Shown here: positions 1-15,146 of the stretch, in pieces
How positions within the stretch are numbered: the first letter of the stretch is position 1
Layout of the letters: every line of letters begins with the position of its first letter
DNA from: the human T2T-CHM13v2.0 reference genome, Homo sapiens
DNA: 64,000 bases
Reading direction: 5' to 3' (one strand)
NCBI RefSeq assembly: GCF_009914755.1
Contig: NC_060928.1
Notes under the pieces: generated by a model
Database searches by the model: none
What the model saw: the letters and a program-made list of their open reading frames with translations, nothing else
What the model was told of the DNA's origin: nothing
Position numbers and translations under genes: made by a program

Positions 1-222
1 GAATTGCTTGAGCTCAGGAGTTCGAAACCAGCCTGGGCAACATGGCGAAACTCTGTCTCTACAAAAAAATACAAAAAAATTAGCAGGGCATGGTGGTGCA
101 CCCTTCCAGTCCAGCTACTCAGAAGGTTGAGGTGGGCGATCACCTAAGCTTGGGAGCTCCAGTGAGCTGTGATTGCGCCACTGTACTCTAGCCTGGGTGA
201 CAGACTGAGAACCTGTCTCAGG
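1..222 (+). mobile_element. Alu (old, J-like), cut by window start
   Basis: GGAGTTCGAAACCAGCCTGGGCAACATGG, A-rich linker, right arm ending GCCTGGGTGACAGA. Confidence 0.9.
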
Positions 223-774
223 TTAAAAAGTAAAAGTACTGACATACAAAAAAAGTGGCAGCAGGATTTAGGTCCTAGTCTTATGGTGGACTATTGACAC
301 TGTATCTTCTCATCTGTGAAATCGACCCTGCCCTAATTCCCCTACAAGGCTCAGCAGCTAGTGATCTGAGTATGCAAAGAGCTCGGCTGTTGGAAACAGG
401 CAAAAAACAGTGGTAATGACCTGTTGGGAGTTCAATGGTGCTAGGATGTTGGGAGGTCAGGCATTGATACACACTGTGTGGCTGCTGGGGCATTAGAAGC
501 TTCCATCTCTGGAACCCTGTCCTATGAGCTTATGATGGTTTTCGTGTGGTCAGATGAAGGCTGTGAGGTCTCTGCTTCTGTAAGCAGAGGTCCAAGGACC
601 AAAGCCAATACAAATAGCTCCTAGGCTTGAGAGTCAGTTTTTCGCTGCATGCCCCATGCCTGGGGTAGAGTGTTCTGATCCTGGTTTCTCCAGGCAATGA
701 GAAAAATGTCCCTTGCAATGCCATTCAGGACTGTGTGATGGCCAGTCCCACCCACCCATGGGCACACAGCCATG

Positions 775-1000
775 AGGCAGTAAGAGGATGACGCCTGAAG
801 CCAGACTGCCAGGGGCTGAATCTCAACTCTGACACTTATTGTACAACCTTGGGCATGTTACTTATTCTTTCTGTGCCTTGATTTTTCCTCATTGGAAAAT
901 AAGGATCATGATGACAGTACCTATTTCATAGGGTTGTTAAGGATTAAGTGAGCTGCTATTAGTTAAGTTCTTAGAATGATTTCTGGCTCGTAATGATATA
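775..1000 (+). mobile_element. MIR SINE
   Basis: GAAGCCAGACTGCC...ACCTTGGGCATGTTACTT...GTACCTATTTCATAGGGTTGTTAAGGATTAAGTGAG matches the MIR core. Confidence 0.85.
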
Positions 1001-4000
1001 TAAGTATGTTTGTTAACTAGATAAAATGTAAAGATAAATCAGCATCAGCTGCACAGTAAACAAATGTCATTACCTGCAAGTGGGATTAGTACAAATAGTT
1101 TCACATAATTAGTATATGCTCCTGATTTTAATCCTACACCCTTGTAGAGAAACAGCCTTCTCAGAAAAGGCAGAGTCAAACCAGAGTCTAACTCTACAAA
1201 GTAAAATATTATCTGTCTCTAAGACATCCCCCAGCTACCCATTAAGTACACCATTAGACAATGTCATCAAAGCACTGTCAGAAACCACCCTGTTGGAGGA
1301 AAAACAACATTAGAATGGCAGAAGCCCAGGAATGGAAGCCTGATGCTGCCACATCTCTGAGCTGTGGAATGCTATCCGAGGTGAGATGTTCTTATAGTGA
1401 AACAGACAGGGTGTGTTTTTTAATTAATACAATGATGGAAACCATTCTCTTTGTTTAGTGCCATACAGTTCACTAAAGAGGAAGAAATACATTTTGCCAG
1501 TAAATCTATTCAGATTTTTCAATCTGGAAATCAGAAAGAAAGCTACATGGAACCAGATAGCATTTTGAGAACGGCAGAAAAAAGGTAGAAGAGCTCCAGA
1601 GCACTAGTTGCTGCCAGGGGCATGTGTCAGGGAGGAGAGCCAGCTGAGTTTGGGTGGGGGAAGTGCAGATCTCCGCAGCTGTGTTACAGGGGAGAAGGGA
1701 ACACCTACTGAACGACTGTCTTTTGACAAGTCCTGAAACAAACCCACACACAAAGAAATTGTTGTGGGGGTGGGAGGGAAACGGGGACCAAAGTTAGGGA
1801 GTACCCACCCTGCCACAAGCCCACTGCCTGTACAGTCAGGCTCACCTAAAACATCCTGTTTTTGCCGCAGATCACAGCACCCTAAACCCAAGTCTGCATC
1901 TAGTGCTGTCAAAATACCAAAACATACAACAACTACAAATCTGCTCTTCGAAGAATTCAACAGGACCTCCCTGGCACTCCTTCAAATGGGAGGATGGGCA
2001 AATGCAAAACAGCAGTAATGTGTTGGGAGGGTGGGACCATGGATAAATTGCAGGTATGCATGTCGAGAGAAAAGTAAGAGAGGCAAGGAGGATGAAGCAC
2101 TATGTGGCTATTTCTACTACTCAGCTACCCACTGTCACAAGTGCTTAGAATAATCATTTTGAATAAAAGAAAAGACGGATCCAATTGAAAGTTGCTTTGT
2201 TCTGCTTTCAGCTGTAAAAGATTTAGTTCTAGACCCTAAACTCATTTAAAAAACCACTATATGAAGACAAAGAATAAAAAATAAACACATAAGTTTAAAG
2301 CAATCTGGAGTTTTTTTTAAGGCAAGTATGTTATAGAAAATTCAAGAAGTTATGATTACTCAAAAATTTTGAGCTATTTATTAACATTTATCAAAAGCTA
2401 TTCTTTTCATTGCAGAAAATCAGCATATTTAAGTCAGTAGTTACAGTCATACTCTGTGACTGTAATAGGCCAGTTATTTAGCATTTAGGCAAACAAACAT
2501 AAAGGAAAAGTGTCCTTCAGAGATTTTCTCTCTTCTTTATTGTTAACCCACTTGGTAAGCAAACTAATTTAAAAAGTATTATCAGAGTCAAGTAAAGGAA
2601 TCTGTAACAAGAAGCCAGGGAGGAGGACCAAGCTTGGCCTAAACGATAAAGGGTTTGTAAAAGCACTTTGTATGCAAAGAATCATATATATGATGATAAT
2701 GATCATCATCATCACAGTCAAAACAGCAGGATAAGAAATGTCAACTAGGCCCTTCCAGAAAGTGGTTATTGCAGAAACAACACACAAGCATCTTATGTTA
2801 ACAAGAAAAGGTCAAAATGAGGAAAACAGCAAAGCCATGGTGAAAAGGTAAGCAGTTTGGGGAAACAGCCCCAAGTGATGTGAAAACAAGAGTGTTTTCT
2901 AGATGTGGACGTTTAAGTGTGGTGCATATGAGCAGACAAACTCTGCGAGCTAAAGATATGGGACTTAATGTCTGAGGAGATAACACGAAAATACTGTGAG
3001 CAGCAGCCAAAGAGCAAGGAAAACACCTTGCCTTCTGGAAAAGGGTTTAAAGAGAGAGCCTTAGGACTTCCGTCAGGGGCTATCAGGTTACATCACGTTG
3101 AAGTGTATGTGCAATGTCTGAGAGAACTACCCTTCCTTGTTATAAATGGAACAGCCGGCTTCCTCTGTGAACAGAAACTCCAGAGACCACTGCCCTGCAT
3201 TTGCCCAGGATGGAATTATCCCGAGCAGCACTTATGGGGCTCGAGGAGGGCAGGGAGCTGCTGCCTAAAAGGAACGGAATGGGATGGGATGGGACAGGAG
3301 GAGACGAGCATCCGAATTGTGCTCCCACTGGCCTGCTGTGGACAACCTAAATCCAGGAGGCTAAATTTAAAGAAGCAATTTATAATCCATTTTAGGTTGT
3401 AAGGCTTCAAATAAAGATCTATGTCCACATATAATTCCATGCGCACACCTATACTATCTGTTAGGGACAAAAAGTATCTACTGACAATGCAAGTATCCAA
3501 ATTTATATATTGGAAATGAGCTATCCAAATAGATCAGAGATCAATAGACACAACTGAATGAATATGAGGGCAAGAACAGTAGTAGTAAGTAGAAACAGTG
3601 GTGAGACTTGATCAAGAGAAGTTACTCAGATATAATTCGGTTTAATACTGGGAAGCTACCCGCTCTCTCAGTGGCTATGGTGAGTCCATGTCATTCTTCT
3701 GCTATGTAACCTTGAGAAAATTTCTTTTTAAGTGTTAATTTTAAGATGGTTCACATTATTGGTCTTGCTAAATACAAGTGTGCTAATAACCCAAGAATTG
3801 GTAACTCTGAGCTCTATCTCAAAAATAAATAGTAGCTGATGCCACAGAATAGATAATTGCTATCAAAACAGTAGGATGAAGCTGAGTCCTAATCAGACTG
3901 GAAGAGGTTAAAGAGAGAAAGAATAAGATAGTTGTGTAGCTGCTGCTGTAGAAATAGATAAGACTAACCTCTCTCTGCTTCTGGCATTTACAGCATGAGA

Positions 4001-4154
4001 AAAAAGAATCTGTAATGGAAAATGTTGAAAGATACACTGAAGCTTTTCAAAACATCAGAGCAGTGAGACCTTGAAATTCATTTACTTCAATCCTTGCATT
4101 TTACCAATAAGGAAACTGAGGCCCAGAGAGGTTAAAAGGTCTGCCTATAATGTA

Positions 4155-4160
<6 letters not shown>

Positions 4161-4206
<46 letters not shown>
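4161..4206. repeat. (AC)23 microsatellite
   Basis: Perfect dinucleotide run, counted directly. Confidence 0.97.
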
Positions 4207-4208
<2 letters not shown>

Positions 4209-4558
4209 CTGTAAGGCAGGCCTGCGGTCTGAAGGCTGCAGTGCCCCTTCCTCTTTACTGCTTTCTTCCCTCTACTGAGGAGCAGTTATGGAAAGCTATT
4301 TTTGTAGAGACAATTGAGGTCCCTGACAATGACAGAAGGAAAATAAATGGTGGTTTCAATTCCAAGTTAAGCTATAGGCTCACTGCTGTGCTCCCGCCCA
4401 GGCAAGATTTTGACTCTGAGGTAAAATAAGAGAGTCAAATCTGATCAAGGTAGCTGTGTGGGAGTTGGCTTGGAACTCAAACAGTGAAAAGGGCAGGGGG
4501 ACATGAGCTGGACTCAGCTGACAGGAAAGAGAAACAGTAAGCAAGAAAAAAGGGTGCA

Positions 4559-4850
<292 letters not shown>

Positions 4851-5019
4851 AGGGACCAAAGAGCCCTCCGAGTCCACTTCTGAACCACACTAGAGTACAG
4901 TACACCCCAATTAACCCTCATGATGGCCACACACATAAAATCCAACTTGAGAGCTGTTTGCCCTGAGGGCTGTCAAGAGTCTTACTTCAGGGCAAAGTGG
5001 AACAGTATGTGGTGGGAGC

Positions 5020-5230
5020 CTGGATTCTGGGGCCTGGTGAACCTGGGTGTGAATCTTGGCTTTGCTTCTCACTGGCTGTGTGCCCTGTGTGTTTTCACAT
5101 CCCTGTCTCTCAGTTTCCTGTAAGGTAAGGATAATAGGATCTGCTTCAGCAAGTTGTGGAGAGGATTCAATAAGTTAGTATTAGAGTGCCAAGAACAGTG
5201 CTGGGCACATCATAAGCACTGTGTAAGTGC
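5020..5230 (+). mobile_element. MIR SINE
   Basis: ACCTGGGTGTGAATCTTGGCTTTGC...CTCAGTTTCCTG...AGAACAGTGCTGGGCACAT. Confidence 0.75.
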
Positions 5231-6139
5231 CCACAAGTAAAGAGACTGGTCACATTCTATAGCTTCAAGCCCACAAGATGCCAAAGGTGGCAACGTGTGA
5301 CACAGAGTGCCCTCACTGTGAGACATCACTGTACACAATTCACATTCACACATCCTCTTTTCTGTGAAGAGGTTAGCCTTTTCATCTGATAAGCAATTAA
5401 GGTTCTTTCTTTGATTTTATTTCTTTTGTTTCTCCTCATTAGAATCAACCCATGTAAAACATTTAGAAAATCTAAACAAAAATTACCTAATACTGCCACC
5501 CAGAAAAAAACTTAGAGATAAATTTCTTCCTAATTTTTCTCCATTATACCTTCACATATAAACATTTTTTAAAAAAAACCCTGATATTATTTTATAATCT
5601 AATTTACTCGACATGTTGTAAATATTTTACCGTGATTAAATATTTTAACAGAATTTTTAATGGTTGCACGGTTTAACTATAGTGTAATTTACCACTTGTT
5701 AGCATCTTTATGACAAGATTCAACCTCCACCTTTCTATTCCCACCATTTGCACATCCCAAAAGAAAATGAAAGCATAACAAAGCTTTTGACAGCCACCCC
5801 CAAACAGGTGTTCTTCAGTAACTTTCTTCCCAGCTGGGCTACGCCACAGTGCTCAGAAAATGGCTCCTAGAAAAGCCTCTCCATTTGAGCTACAGCTTCT
5901 GCAGTACAAGGTTCTGTAAGGACAGCTCTTGCAGCCGGCTGAGTGTCACCACTCCAGGAATGTCTGACCTTTCCCAGGGCTTTGATCAAACGACCTCCTG
6001 CTGAGCAGAACTGGCCAGAGAGAAGCTTTGCGGGGAGGGGGAGGAAGAGCAGGGAGGGGATCAGGGTGGGCGTGAAGGGTCCCAGCAATGGGCAGCTCGC
6101 CAGCCTCTGCAGGGTGACTGGAAAGGTCTGACTGGAAGA

Positions 6140-6480
6140 ATCTTAGAGATCACCTCCCAAGTCCCCATTTTAGAGATAAGAAAACCAAGGCTCAGGAAGA
6201 TAACAGGACTTAATTAGCACTTGTGAAATATAACTTAATATTAGCAGTGATAACAGCCACAATTACTATTACTAGCATTTGGGGCAGTCATTATGAGCCA
6301 AGTACTATGCTAAATAAATGTTCAGTCCCAATGACTACTCTGTGAGATTGCTATCATTATTTCCATTTTAGGGAGTAGGGAGTGGGGAGTGACGAGGCTT
6401 AGACTAAATGAGTTGCATAAGATCCCACAGCTAACAAGTAGTAGAGGTAGGAGTCAAATCCAGATCTTTCACCAAAGTCC
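6140..6480 (-). mobile_element. MIR fragments
   Basis: CCCCATTTTAGAGATAAGAAAACCAAGGCTCAG and GATCCCACAGCTAACAAGTAGTAGAG, reverse MIR core. Confidence 0.65.
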
Positions 6481-8307
6481 ATGATCCTTTTAAGCATACC
6501 ACAAGAACAAATAATTATTTTTATTTCCATTGCATTGTTTTCTAAAAGATGAGCTTATTAATACTTACTGCTAACTTGGAAGGTGGCAAAGAATTCATGC
6601 TTTCATCTCTAGTCATCTTTTCACAAATCTACATTTCTGCATTTGCTAAACAGTGACATAAAAATACTCAACAGATCGATTTGTCAACAGTCAAGTTCCA
6701 TACATTTTATACAAAAATGATTTTGAGTGCGAAACTTAGGCTTAATGTGAACTGTGAATTGTCATGCTATAGTTAAACTAACATGAAGGTAAAAGACTGC
6801 ATAAAACACTATACACCCAATGAATGACATGTGAAAAGACATTACTTCTAAATATCTATGTAAGGCCACCTCAGGTTTAGAAAGGCCTTAGGCCAGGGAC
6901 TCTCCCAAGTACATAATTACAATGCTTCTCTTAGATGATTGTCAGGTAGAAGACAGAGATTTCAAATAGTTTGTTTACCTATTTTTTTTAAAGGCTCTTT
7001 CTCAGTATGACTCATGTGAACAATTTAAACAAACAGCTGTGGCAGGAGATGGCCACTGCAGCCTGCTCGAGTAGGTAAAATGTACTGAACCTGTGTGGTT
7101 AATTAGATCAATCTTGACTCATTTTCTTTAATGAGACAGTATAACACACAACGTCCACCAGACCTGTTTTCTGGGTTTTGTTTTACATAATTTGTTGTTA
7201 CGGTCTAATCTATTCTTGAGCTTCTTTTTGGTTAAAGCACCAACTTTCTAACTATTTTTTTTTCAAACAAAGATTTTTTTGTGTATATTCAACATCATGC
7301 ATCCTTGTGAGGGAACTATACCGCACAGTACATGATTTGTGATGAAATACAGTCAAGCAACTTACACCAAAGAAAAACACATGAAAATAAGATTTTTTAA
7401 AAAACATTTTTTTTCAATTTCTTTGCCTTTCAAGCAGGTCAGCTATACAGATTATAAGTGTAGAACTGAAAGCTAACTCCCACATACGAGATAAAAGTTC
7501 AACATCAGGTGATGGAAAATCACATATTGAGGAGAAAAGTCAGTCCTTGGGTTCTAAATCATTTGTCTTTGTTTTCTGTTAAAATGGGGAAATTTTCTAT
7601 CTTTTTTCCTTTCATTTAGAATAGATAATTTCTATTCCTGATCACCTTTAAATGCACACACTGAGGTTTTGTTTTCACTGACTAAACCCTAGGGATATGA
7701 CTAATTCTCATCATAAATTTTCATTCAAGAAATTTCTGAGTCCATATTACATATTGAACCTAATAATAGAGTTCAGATTTATGATGCTCAAAATGTCATG
7801 TAAGAGTATTATGGTAATGTACAAAATGAAATACTGAGAATCACCACACTTTTCAGGAAGTCCCACTGTAAGGCAAAAGATTAAAATAAAAAACCCTCAA
7901 TAAAAGGTGTGAAGGTCTTTGCCAGTTTCAGGATGTGGCCTGTTTGGGAGTATGTTGAATGATCTGCCCCATCACGATAGCCTTCATTACAAAAAGAAAC
8001 ACATATGTACCTGTGCATTTGGTAGCCTCAAGTCTTTCCTATAAGGCGGCCTAAAAGTTTGACTTAGTAAACTGGTGGTTCTCCAACTTTTGGTTTCAGC
8101 ATCCATTTATAATCTTGAAAATTACTGAGGACACCCAGGGAGCTTTTGTTTATATGGATTATATCTATCAATATTTATCATATTGGAAACTGAAACTGAG
8201 AAAATTAAAAAATATTTATTAATTTGCTTAAAAAACAATCTGTTTAAATTGTTACATGTGAACATAAATATTTTTATAGGAAGTTGTACCATTATATGTG
8301 TATATTT

Positions 8308-8315
<8 letters not shown>

Positions 8316-8351
<36 letters not shown>
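8316..8351. repeat. (TG)18 microsatellite at the Alu tail
   Basis: Direct count; adjoins the 3' end of the minus-strand Alu. Confidence 0.95.
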
Positions 8352-8362
<11 letters not shown>

Positions 8363-8369
8363 ATATTTA

Positions 8370-8650
<281 letters not shown>

Positions 8651-10109
8651 ACCATTTTATGTTTTTGAAAACCTCTTTAACATCTGGCTTAATAGAAGAC
8701 AACTAAATTTTCATGTCTGCTTCTGCATAAAATTTGCTGTGAAGTATATGTAGAAATTCTAGCCTCACACAGATATATAACTGGAAAGGAAAGAATTATT
8801 TTAATAGCTTTTTAAGATAATTATGAATATTCTTCTTTGATACAATGGACAAAGCAGTAATTTTTTAAAGGTCAGCTGCAATGTGGAATCTGAAACCATC
8901 AGTGAACTTTTCCTACTCTGTTACATTGAAATCCATTAATCTATCAAAGTCCTACACTTTGAATCTCTCATCCACATGTGATTTTGCAACAAACACTGAT
9001 CATCTGAAAAATGTTGGGTTACTGAGTCATGTAGATTTTCCCAATGTTTACCTGTTTCATTATATAATACCACAATCACATTTGTCAATATCACCACTGA
9101 ACTCATCAGAAGAGACATTAAAGGATAGGAAAGCTGTCAAGCTTATGTTGCGGAATACAAGATTTCCAAAATTCTAATTTGTATTTGAAAGCTTGAATTT
9201 TGTACTTGATAACTGTTTTCCTTAAAACAATAGGCTCATTTCACTTACTTTTGATAACCAAGTCTACCAAATAACCAAGTCTGAAGAGCCACAGCTGACC
9301 TGTCAATCATTCTGCAAAGTAAAAACTCAATCATACTGGTGTTTTCGAGACAACCATGGCACTTTGCCACATTGTAAAAGTGCTTTATATGTACTTCCCA
9401 TCTCATCACTAGAATATTAAAAAGACACATGTGCTTAAGGGCCTAGGTTTAACAAAATTAATAACTTCTACTGCTTTATTAAGTGACACTAGCATTTTTT
9501 AACTGAGAGTCCATGGTGATGAATATAGTAACTAAAGAACTTCTACTACAGTTGGTGCCAGGCCATGATTTGTGCTAAGTGATGAGCAGTTTTCCCAGCA
9601 TTGTTTTCATACAAGTGCAAATGTCTACACAGTGAAAATGGCAAAAAATAACAGTATTATTGTGAAAAGAGTTTTGATCTCATGGACCCCCTAAAAATGT
9701 CTCAGGGACCCCAGAGGTACAGACACTACACTCTGAGAATCTACCTACTAAACCAATGCTGCTGCTACTGATATACTCAACAAAAGGAGCTGAATTTTTT
9801 AACTCTTGAGGAAAAATACAGATACCAATGCACAAGCCAATTACACCTCAGTATTTCGGGCATTACAGAGTTGTCACTTTCATGTTCTTACTTGCTAGAC
9901 CAGTTATTGCCAATAACTTGGATAACATTTTCTGGCCAAGATCTTAAAAAACTCACACCTAACAATGTCAATGAGCACTCTCCAAAAATACAGGGGCCAA
10001 AGGACTGCTAGCAGCAAAGGCCACTAGTCCCTGCCTGCACTGTGCTACAATCATTCTTCATGCCTCATTCATTCTCTTTGATCCACCACATTTTTACTGC
10101 ACCTTTTAG

Positions 10110-10790
10110 TCTTTATTTGCTGGTATAACTACTTAATGCCATAACTTTCCTCTAAGTACCTGTTGGCTGCACATCACTGGTTTTGATATGTAAACTTTTT
10201 ATTACCATTCAGTCCTGAAATCTTTTCTTTGACCTTTGAAGAGTTTTCCTTATTGATAAATAAGGGTTTTTCTAGTTGTTTCCTTCTAAATTAATGGTTT
10301 TCTGAGCAGAGAATATGGTCTGTGTCACAACTAATCCTTTGAAGTTTTTTAACACACTATTCATGGCCCAATATTTTATATTCTAGAGTTGTTGGATATA
10401 GCAGCTCATATAACCCATTTGATCAATCTTAATGGTTGTTCAAATCTTTTATAGCCTATTTACTTTTTTAAGGTGGTAGGGGGCTCCTGCTGATTTACTA
10501 ACTACTGATAGAGATAAGTTGAAATCTCTTACTAGAAAGTAGATTTGTCTTTGTGGTTCTGGTCCATTTTTCCTTTATAGATCTTAAAGTTACATTATTA
10601 TATGCATAATGATTCAGAATTATATCTTCCTTTATCTGTTATTATCATAGTTCCATCAGCTTATTCTGGGTTGATCATGGCGTATTTTTTTCATACCTTT
10701 CATAATTTTCCTTTTGGTCTCTATAATTCTGCATAATTTCTTCAGATCCCTCGTTTCATTAATTTAGTCAGGTCTAATCTGCTGTTACCA
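10110..10790 (-). mobile_element. Old L1 (L1M) fragment
   Basis: T-rich reverse L1 phrases such as ATAACTTTCCTCTAAGTAC and GTTGTTCAAATCTTTTATAGCC. Confidence 0.6.
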
Positions 10791-10799
10791 CCCATTCAT

Positions 10800-11105
10800 T
10801 TTTGTTTTTGTTTTTGAGACAGAGTCTCACTTTGTCACCCAGGCTGGAGTGCAGTGGTTCACTGCAGCCTCACTGCAGCCTCGACCTCTTGGGCTCAAGT
10901 GATCCTTCTACCTCAGCCTCTTGAGTAGCTGGGACTACAAGCGTGCACCACCATGCCCAGCTAATTTATTTTTATTTTTATTTTTTGTAGACATGGGGTC
11001 CCACTATGTTGCCCAGGCTGGTCTCGAAATCCTGGACTCAAGCAATCCTCCGACCTTGGCCTCCTAAAGTGCTGAGAATAAAGGTGTGAGCCACCATGCC
11101 CAGCC
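10800..11105 (-). mobile_element. Alu (J-like)
   Basis: T tail then GAGACAGAGTCTCACTTTGTCACCCAGGCTGG ... GAGCCACCATGCCCAGCC. Confidence 0.93.
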
Positions 11106-11750
11106 AATAATTCTATTTTCTAAAGCTGCACTGCCCAATGGAATAGTCATCAGCTATGTAGCTATTTAACTTAATATTAAATAAAAGTAAATATTCAGTT
11201 TCTCAGTTACACTAATTAAGTGCTCAACAGTCACATGCATGTAGTAACTACCATGTTGGATAACACTTACGACAACACAGATTTAAAGATTTTTGTCTGA
11301 CTCAACTGCATATGTTGACTTTGGCTCATGGGGCCATGTTTCCTGTGTGTTGTGATTTTCTATTCTTTTTTCTTTTTCTTTACTGTAAGTGTCCATTTCT
11401 TTTAAGTTTATCTGCAGAAATTACTTGAGGCCTATATAGTATGTGCTTCCAGAATGAATCTGTCTTCACTTCTGCCATATGCTGTGGAGCATTACAAAAC
11501 CAGATCTCTGTTGAGGAAATTCTCAGCTTGGGGTCCTTCGGTCACCCTTGATAATATGAACTAAGACTGCAAACCTGCATGAAAGCCAGCTGCAGTTATA
11601 ATTCTCAGGACAGCATTTTTCTTCTTCTAGTCAGTGACAGCACTTGAGACAAGAAATTTTCACTGCAGTTCCCTGGGAAGGTAGGTTTATTTCTAGTTTG
11701 CCTTTACTCTAAAGATATAGCCTTTGGGACCCCAGCTTTCTGCTAGGGTT

Positions 11751-11752
<2 letters not shown>

Positions 11753-11780
<28 letters not shown>
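11753..11780. repeat. Poly(T)28
   Basis: Direct count. Confidence 0.9.
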
Positions 11781-11784
<4 letters not shown>

Positions 11785-12179
11785 CTATTAGTCTACTTTT
11801 TATCCTGCGTACCCTACAAGATAGAATCTGAAGCCTGGTTCATCACATTCTACAACAGCCAGCTTTAATGGTCCATTTACTGCTTTCTGAGTACCCTTAA
11901 CTTTCAGTCCGCTCATGGATGCATTCAAAATGTATATTTTGGGGAAAAAACTTTACAGATTGGATATGTGTATGCATGTTTGTGAGTATGTATTATGTAT
12001 ATGTGATATTTGTGTGTGTGTGTGAGTAAAATGTATCTCCATATTTTTAGTTTACTTCAGCAGATGTTGCTTAGGGTATCACATCTACCATAATGCCAGA
12101 ACACCAATTTTTAAGATGCCTAATATCAGCTTTAAATCTAAAATTAACAATCTATAATCTGATATCAAAAACTTTTCTG

Positions 12180-12478
12180 GGCCAGGTGCAGTGGCTCATG
12201 CCTGTAAATCCCAGCAATTTGGGAGGCTGAGACAGGAGGATCACCTGAGGCCAGGAGTTCAAGACCAGCTTGGACAACATAGAGAAACCCCCATCTCTAC
12301 AAAAAAATAAAAACTAAAAATAGCCATGTGTGATGGCATGCCCCTGTAGCCCCTGCTACTCCAGAGGCTGATGTGGGAGGATAGCTTGAGCCCAGGAGGT
12401 TGAGGCTTCAGTGAGCTATGATTGCACTCCAGCCTGTGGAACAGAGAGACTCTACCTTAAAAAATTAAAAACAAAAAA
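12180..12478 (+). mobile_element. Alu (J-like) with TSD
   Basis: GGCCAGGTGCAGTGGCTCATGCC start; AAAAACTTTTCT on both flanks. Confidence 0.93.
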
Positions 12479-12539
12479 CTTTTCTCTTAGCAAGATTGTA
12501 TGGTATTATTATTCTAATTTACATGAGATAACTGATATT

Positions 12540-13120
12540 TTGGTCCATATGTGTTAGATGAAACCCACAAAGCCAGATATTTTTTCAGTTTCCAAAATAT
12601 TCACATATATGAAAATACAGAATGCACATTATATATTATGTAACACCCCCAGCAAAGTGTGGGGAGTATATACCCCTTAAACAGATACATGAACATTTTT
12701 TTTTTTTTGAGATGGAATCTTGCTCTGTCCCCCAGGCTGGAGTGCAATGGTGCAGTCTAGGCTCACTGCAACCTCCGCCTCCTGAGTTCAAGTGATTCTC
12801 CTGCCTCAGCCTCCCAAGTAGCTGGAACTACAGGTGTACGCCACCACACCCGGCTAATTTTTGTATTTTTAATAGAGGCAGGGTTTCACCATGTTGGCCA
12901 GGCTGGTCTCAAACCCCTGACCTTGTGATCCACCTGCCTCGGCCTCCCAAAGTGCTGGGATTACAGGCATGAGTCACCGCGCCCGGAACATGAACATTGC
13001 TTTAGCGAAACATCCAAGTAGGAAAGACAAGGCTATAAAAAGTCTTAATTTTGGTCAGTTTGGGCCACCACATAAAAGTTATGAAAACACTTTAAGATTG
13101 CAGAGCTTTTGCAGATTTCC
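12540..13120 (+). mobile_element. MER46C-like Tigger element split by an Alu
   Basis: TATATTATGTAACACCCCCAGC before the Alu and GCGAAAC...CAGAGCTTTT after it match the remembered MER46C consensus. Confidence 0.6.
12696..12986 (-). mobile_element. Alu (S-like) with TSD
   Basis: Full reverse Alu; ACATGAACATT on both flanks. Confidence 0.94.
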
Positions 13121-13467
13121 ACATTCTTTTGTCTTCAAGTAATTTGTCCAAAGGTCAACTTGGACCTAGGACTAAAACAGATTTTCTAACACTCCTTTCT
13201 AGGTATCACTAGGTTTGTTCCATACACTTGGATGGGGCATAGCTGTTACCAACCCGTGGGAGTCATTATTCTTGACTGGTTATATCTGAAATGACCTCTC
13301 TACTAAAAGGCTAATCATATAGAGTTTAGCTCATTCTGACTTAGAATTCTAACATACCAACATATTTTCCCATGATAGGCCAGTAATTATGTCTCTGAAC
13401 TAATGCACTGAACTTACTGGTATTCACTGCATTTATCAATTCAATATAATTTTGTCATCTGTGTACC

Positions 13468-13783
13468 TTTATTTATTTATTTATTTTTATTTATTTATTT
13501 TTGAGGCAGAGTCTTGCTCTATCGCCCAGGCTGGAGTGCAGTGGCGCAATCTCAGCTCACTACAATCTCTGCCTCCCAGGTTCAAGCAATTTTCCTGCCT
13601 CAGCATCCTGAGTAGCTGGGATTATAGGCACCCACCGCCACGCCTGGTTAATTTTGTATTTTTAGTAGAGATGGGGTTTTGCCATGTTGGCCAGGCTCAT
13701 CTAAAACCCCTGACCTCAGGTGATCCGCCCACCTTAGCCTCCCAAAGAGCTCGGACTACAGGCATGAGCCACCATACCCGGCC
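13468..13783 (-). mobile_element. Alu (S-like) with (TTTA)n tail
   Basis: GAGGCAGAGTCTTGCTCTATCGCCCAGGCTGG ... GAGCCACCATACCCGGCC. Confidence 0.94.
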
Positions 13784-14819
13784 GTATCAATATTATTTAC
13801 AGTAGTATGACTCGAGCTCTTTTAACTATATCCTTCCACATGCTATCATTTTCCAGTTTTCCACTATTACAGGTAAAATATCTAGTGTTTGAGAATTTAC
13901 TGAATAAATTAATGAAAATTTGTGAAAGTTCAGCAGATATGTACATATTGCTGATAGTTTTTATGATATTACAGGGATTTTTACAACTTTAAGTTCTAGA
14001 AAAATCACTTGCTTGGTACATAACACACCTTGGGATTTTTTTTTTTTTTTAGCACGCATATTGGGAAAACAGTTTAGTAGTCAAATTTTGGAAACAACTG
14101 ACCCACAACAGTTTAAGTACAGCAGTGTGACTGTGCAGTGATTCATGTATAAGGTAATCCTAGGTGTATTATGGATCCTAAAAAGTAAATGTTGTTTTAC
14201 TTAAAACTCTAAGTTCGAAAAGTTACTAATCATAACAGTGTTAACACCAATCAGATTTTTCACAAAATTCACAAAACTAACCATAACCTGCCAATTACAA
14301 TGTTTAAGTACTTAGATGTACATGAAACAACTTTACTGGAATAGGGAATTTTTTTACTTTTGTTGTTTATTTCAGGAAATAGTCCTATTCCTGAGTCTAG
14401 TGGTCATAACTATGTTCTGAAACTCTCTTCCATTTTCCACTAAGGACTTAAAGCTCCAGTTATAAGTTTCTTTAATTGCAAAATACACATGAATAAGAAG
14501 CCAATTCTAGATTTTTGACAGTAATAAAAAAAACCAGAGATTTCATGGATATTTTTATAAGTCTTTAGAAGTCATTTTAGTCAGTTTTAGCAATCTCTCC
14601 ACTGAAAATTTTTCATCTAAGTCCCCAACTAGGACTTAAACTGATTACAGAATTTGATCTTCTTGTGTCTTTGGTATGTACATTAGGGTGTGATAGGAAT
14701 GAAGAAAAGTGGTTAAAAGAACCAGGATAAAATGCAATTGGAATAATCATAAATTAGGATAAATTATAACTTAATAGTTTCTCAAAATACTCATTTCCTG
14801 ATTTTTTTATTCTTTTTTA

Positions 14820-15146
<327 letters not shown>

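Noticed and set aside
2968-3402. 144-aa plus-strand ORF
   Set aside because: No recognisable domain or exon structure; intronic and antisense to LEF1; length attainable by chance.
13452-13805. Alu-derived ORFs (also 21161-21570, 37591-37782, 63491-63946 and others)
   Set aside because: Translations such as [14 protein letters not shown] are the usual Alu reading frames, not genes.
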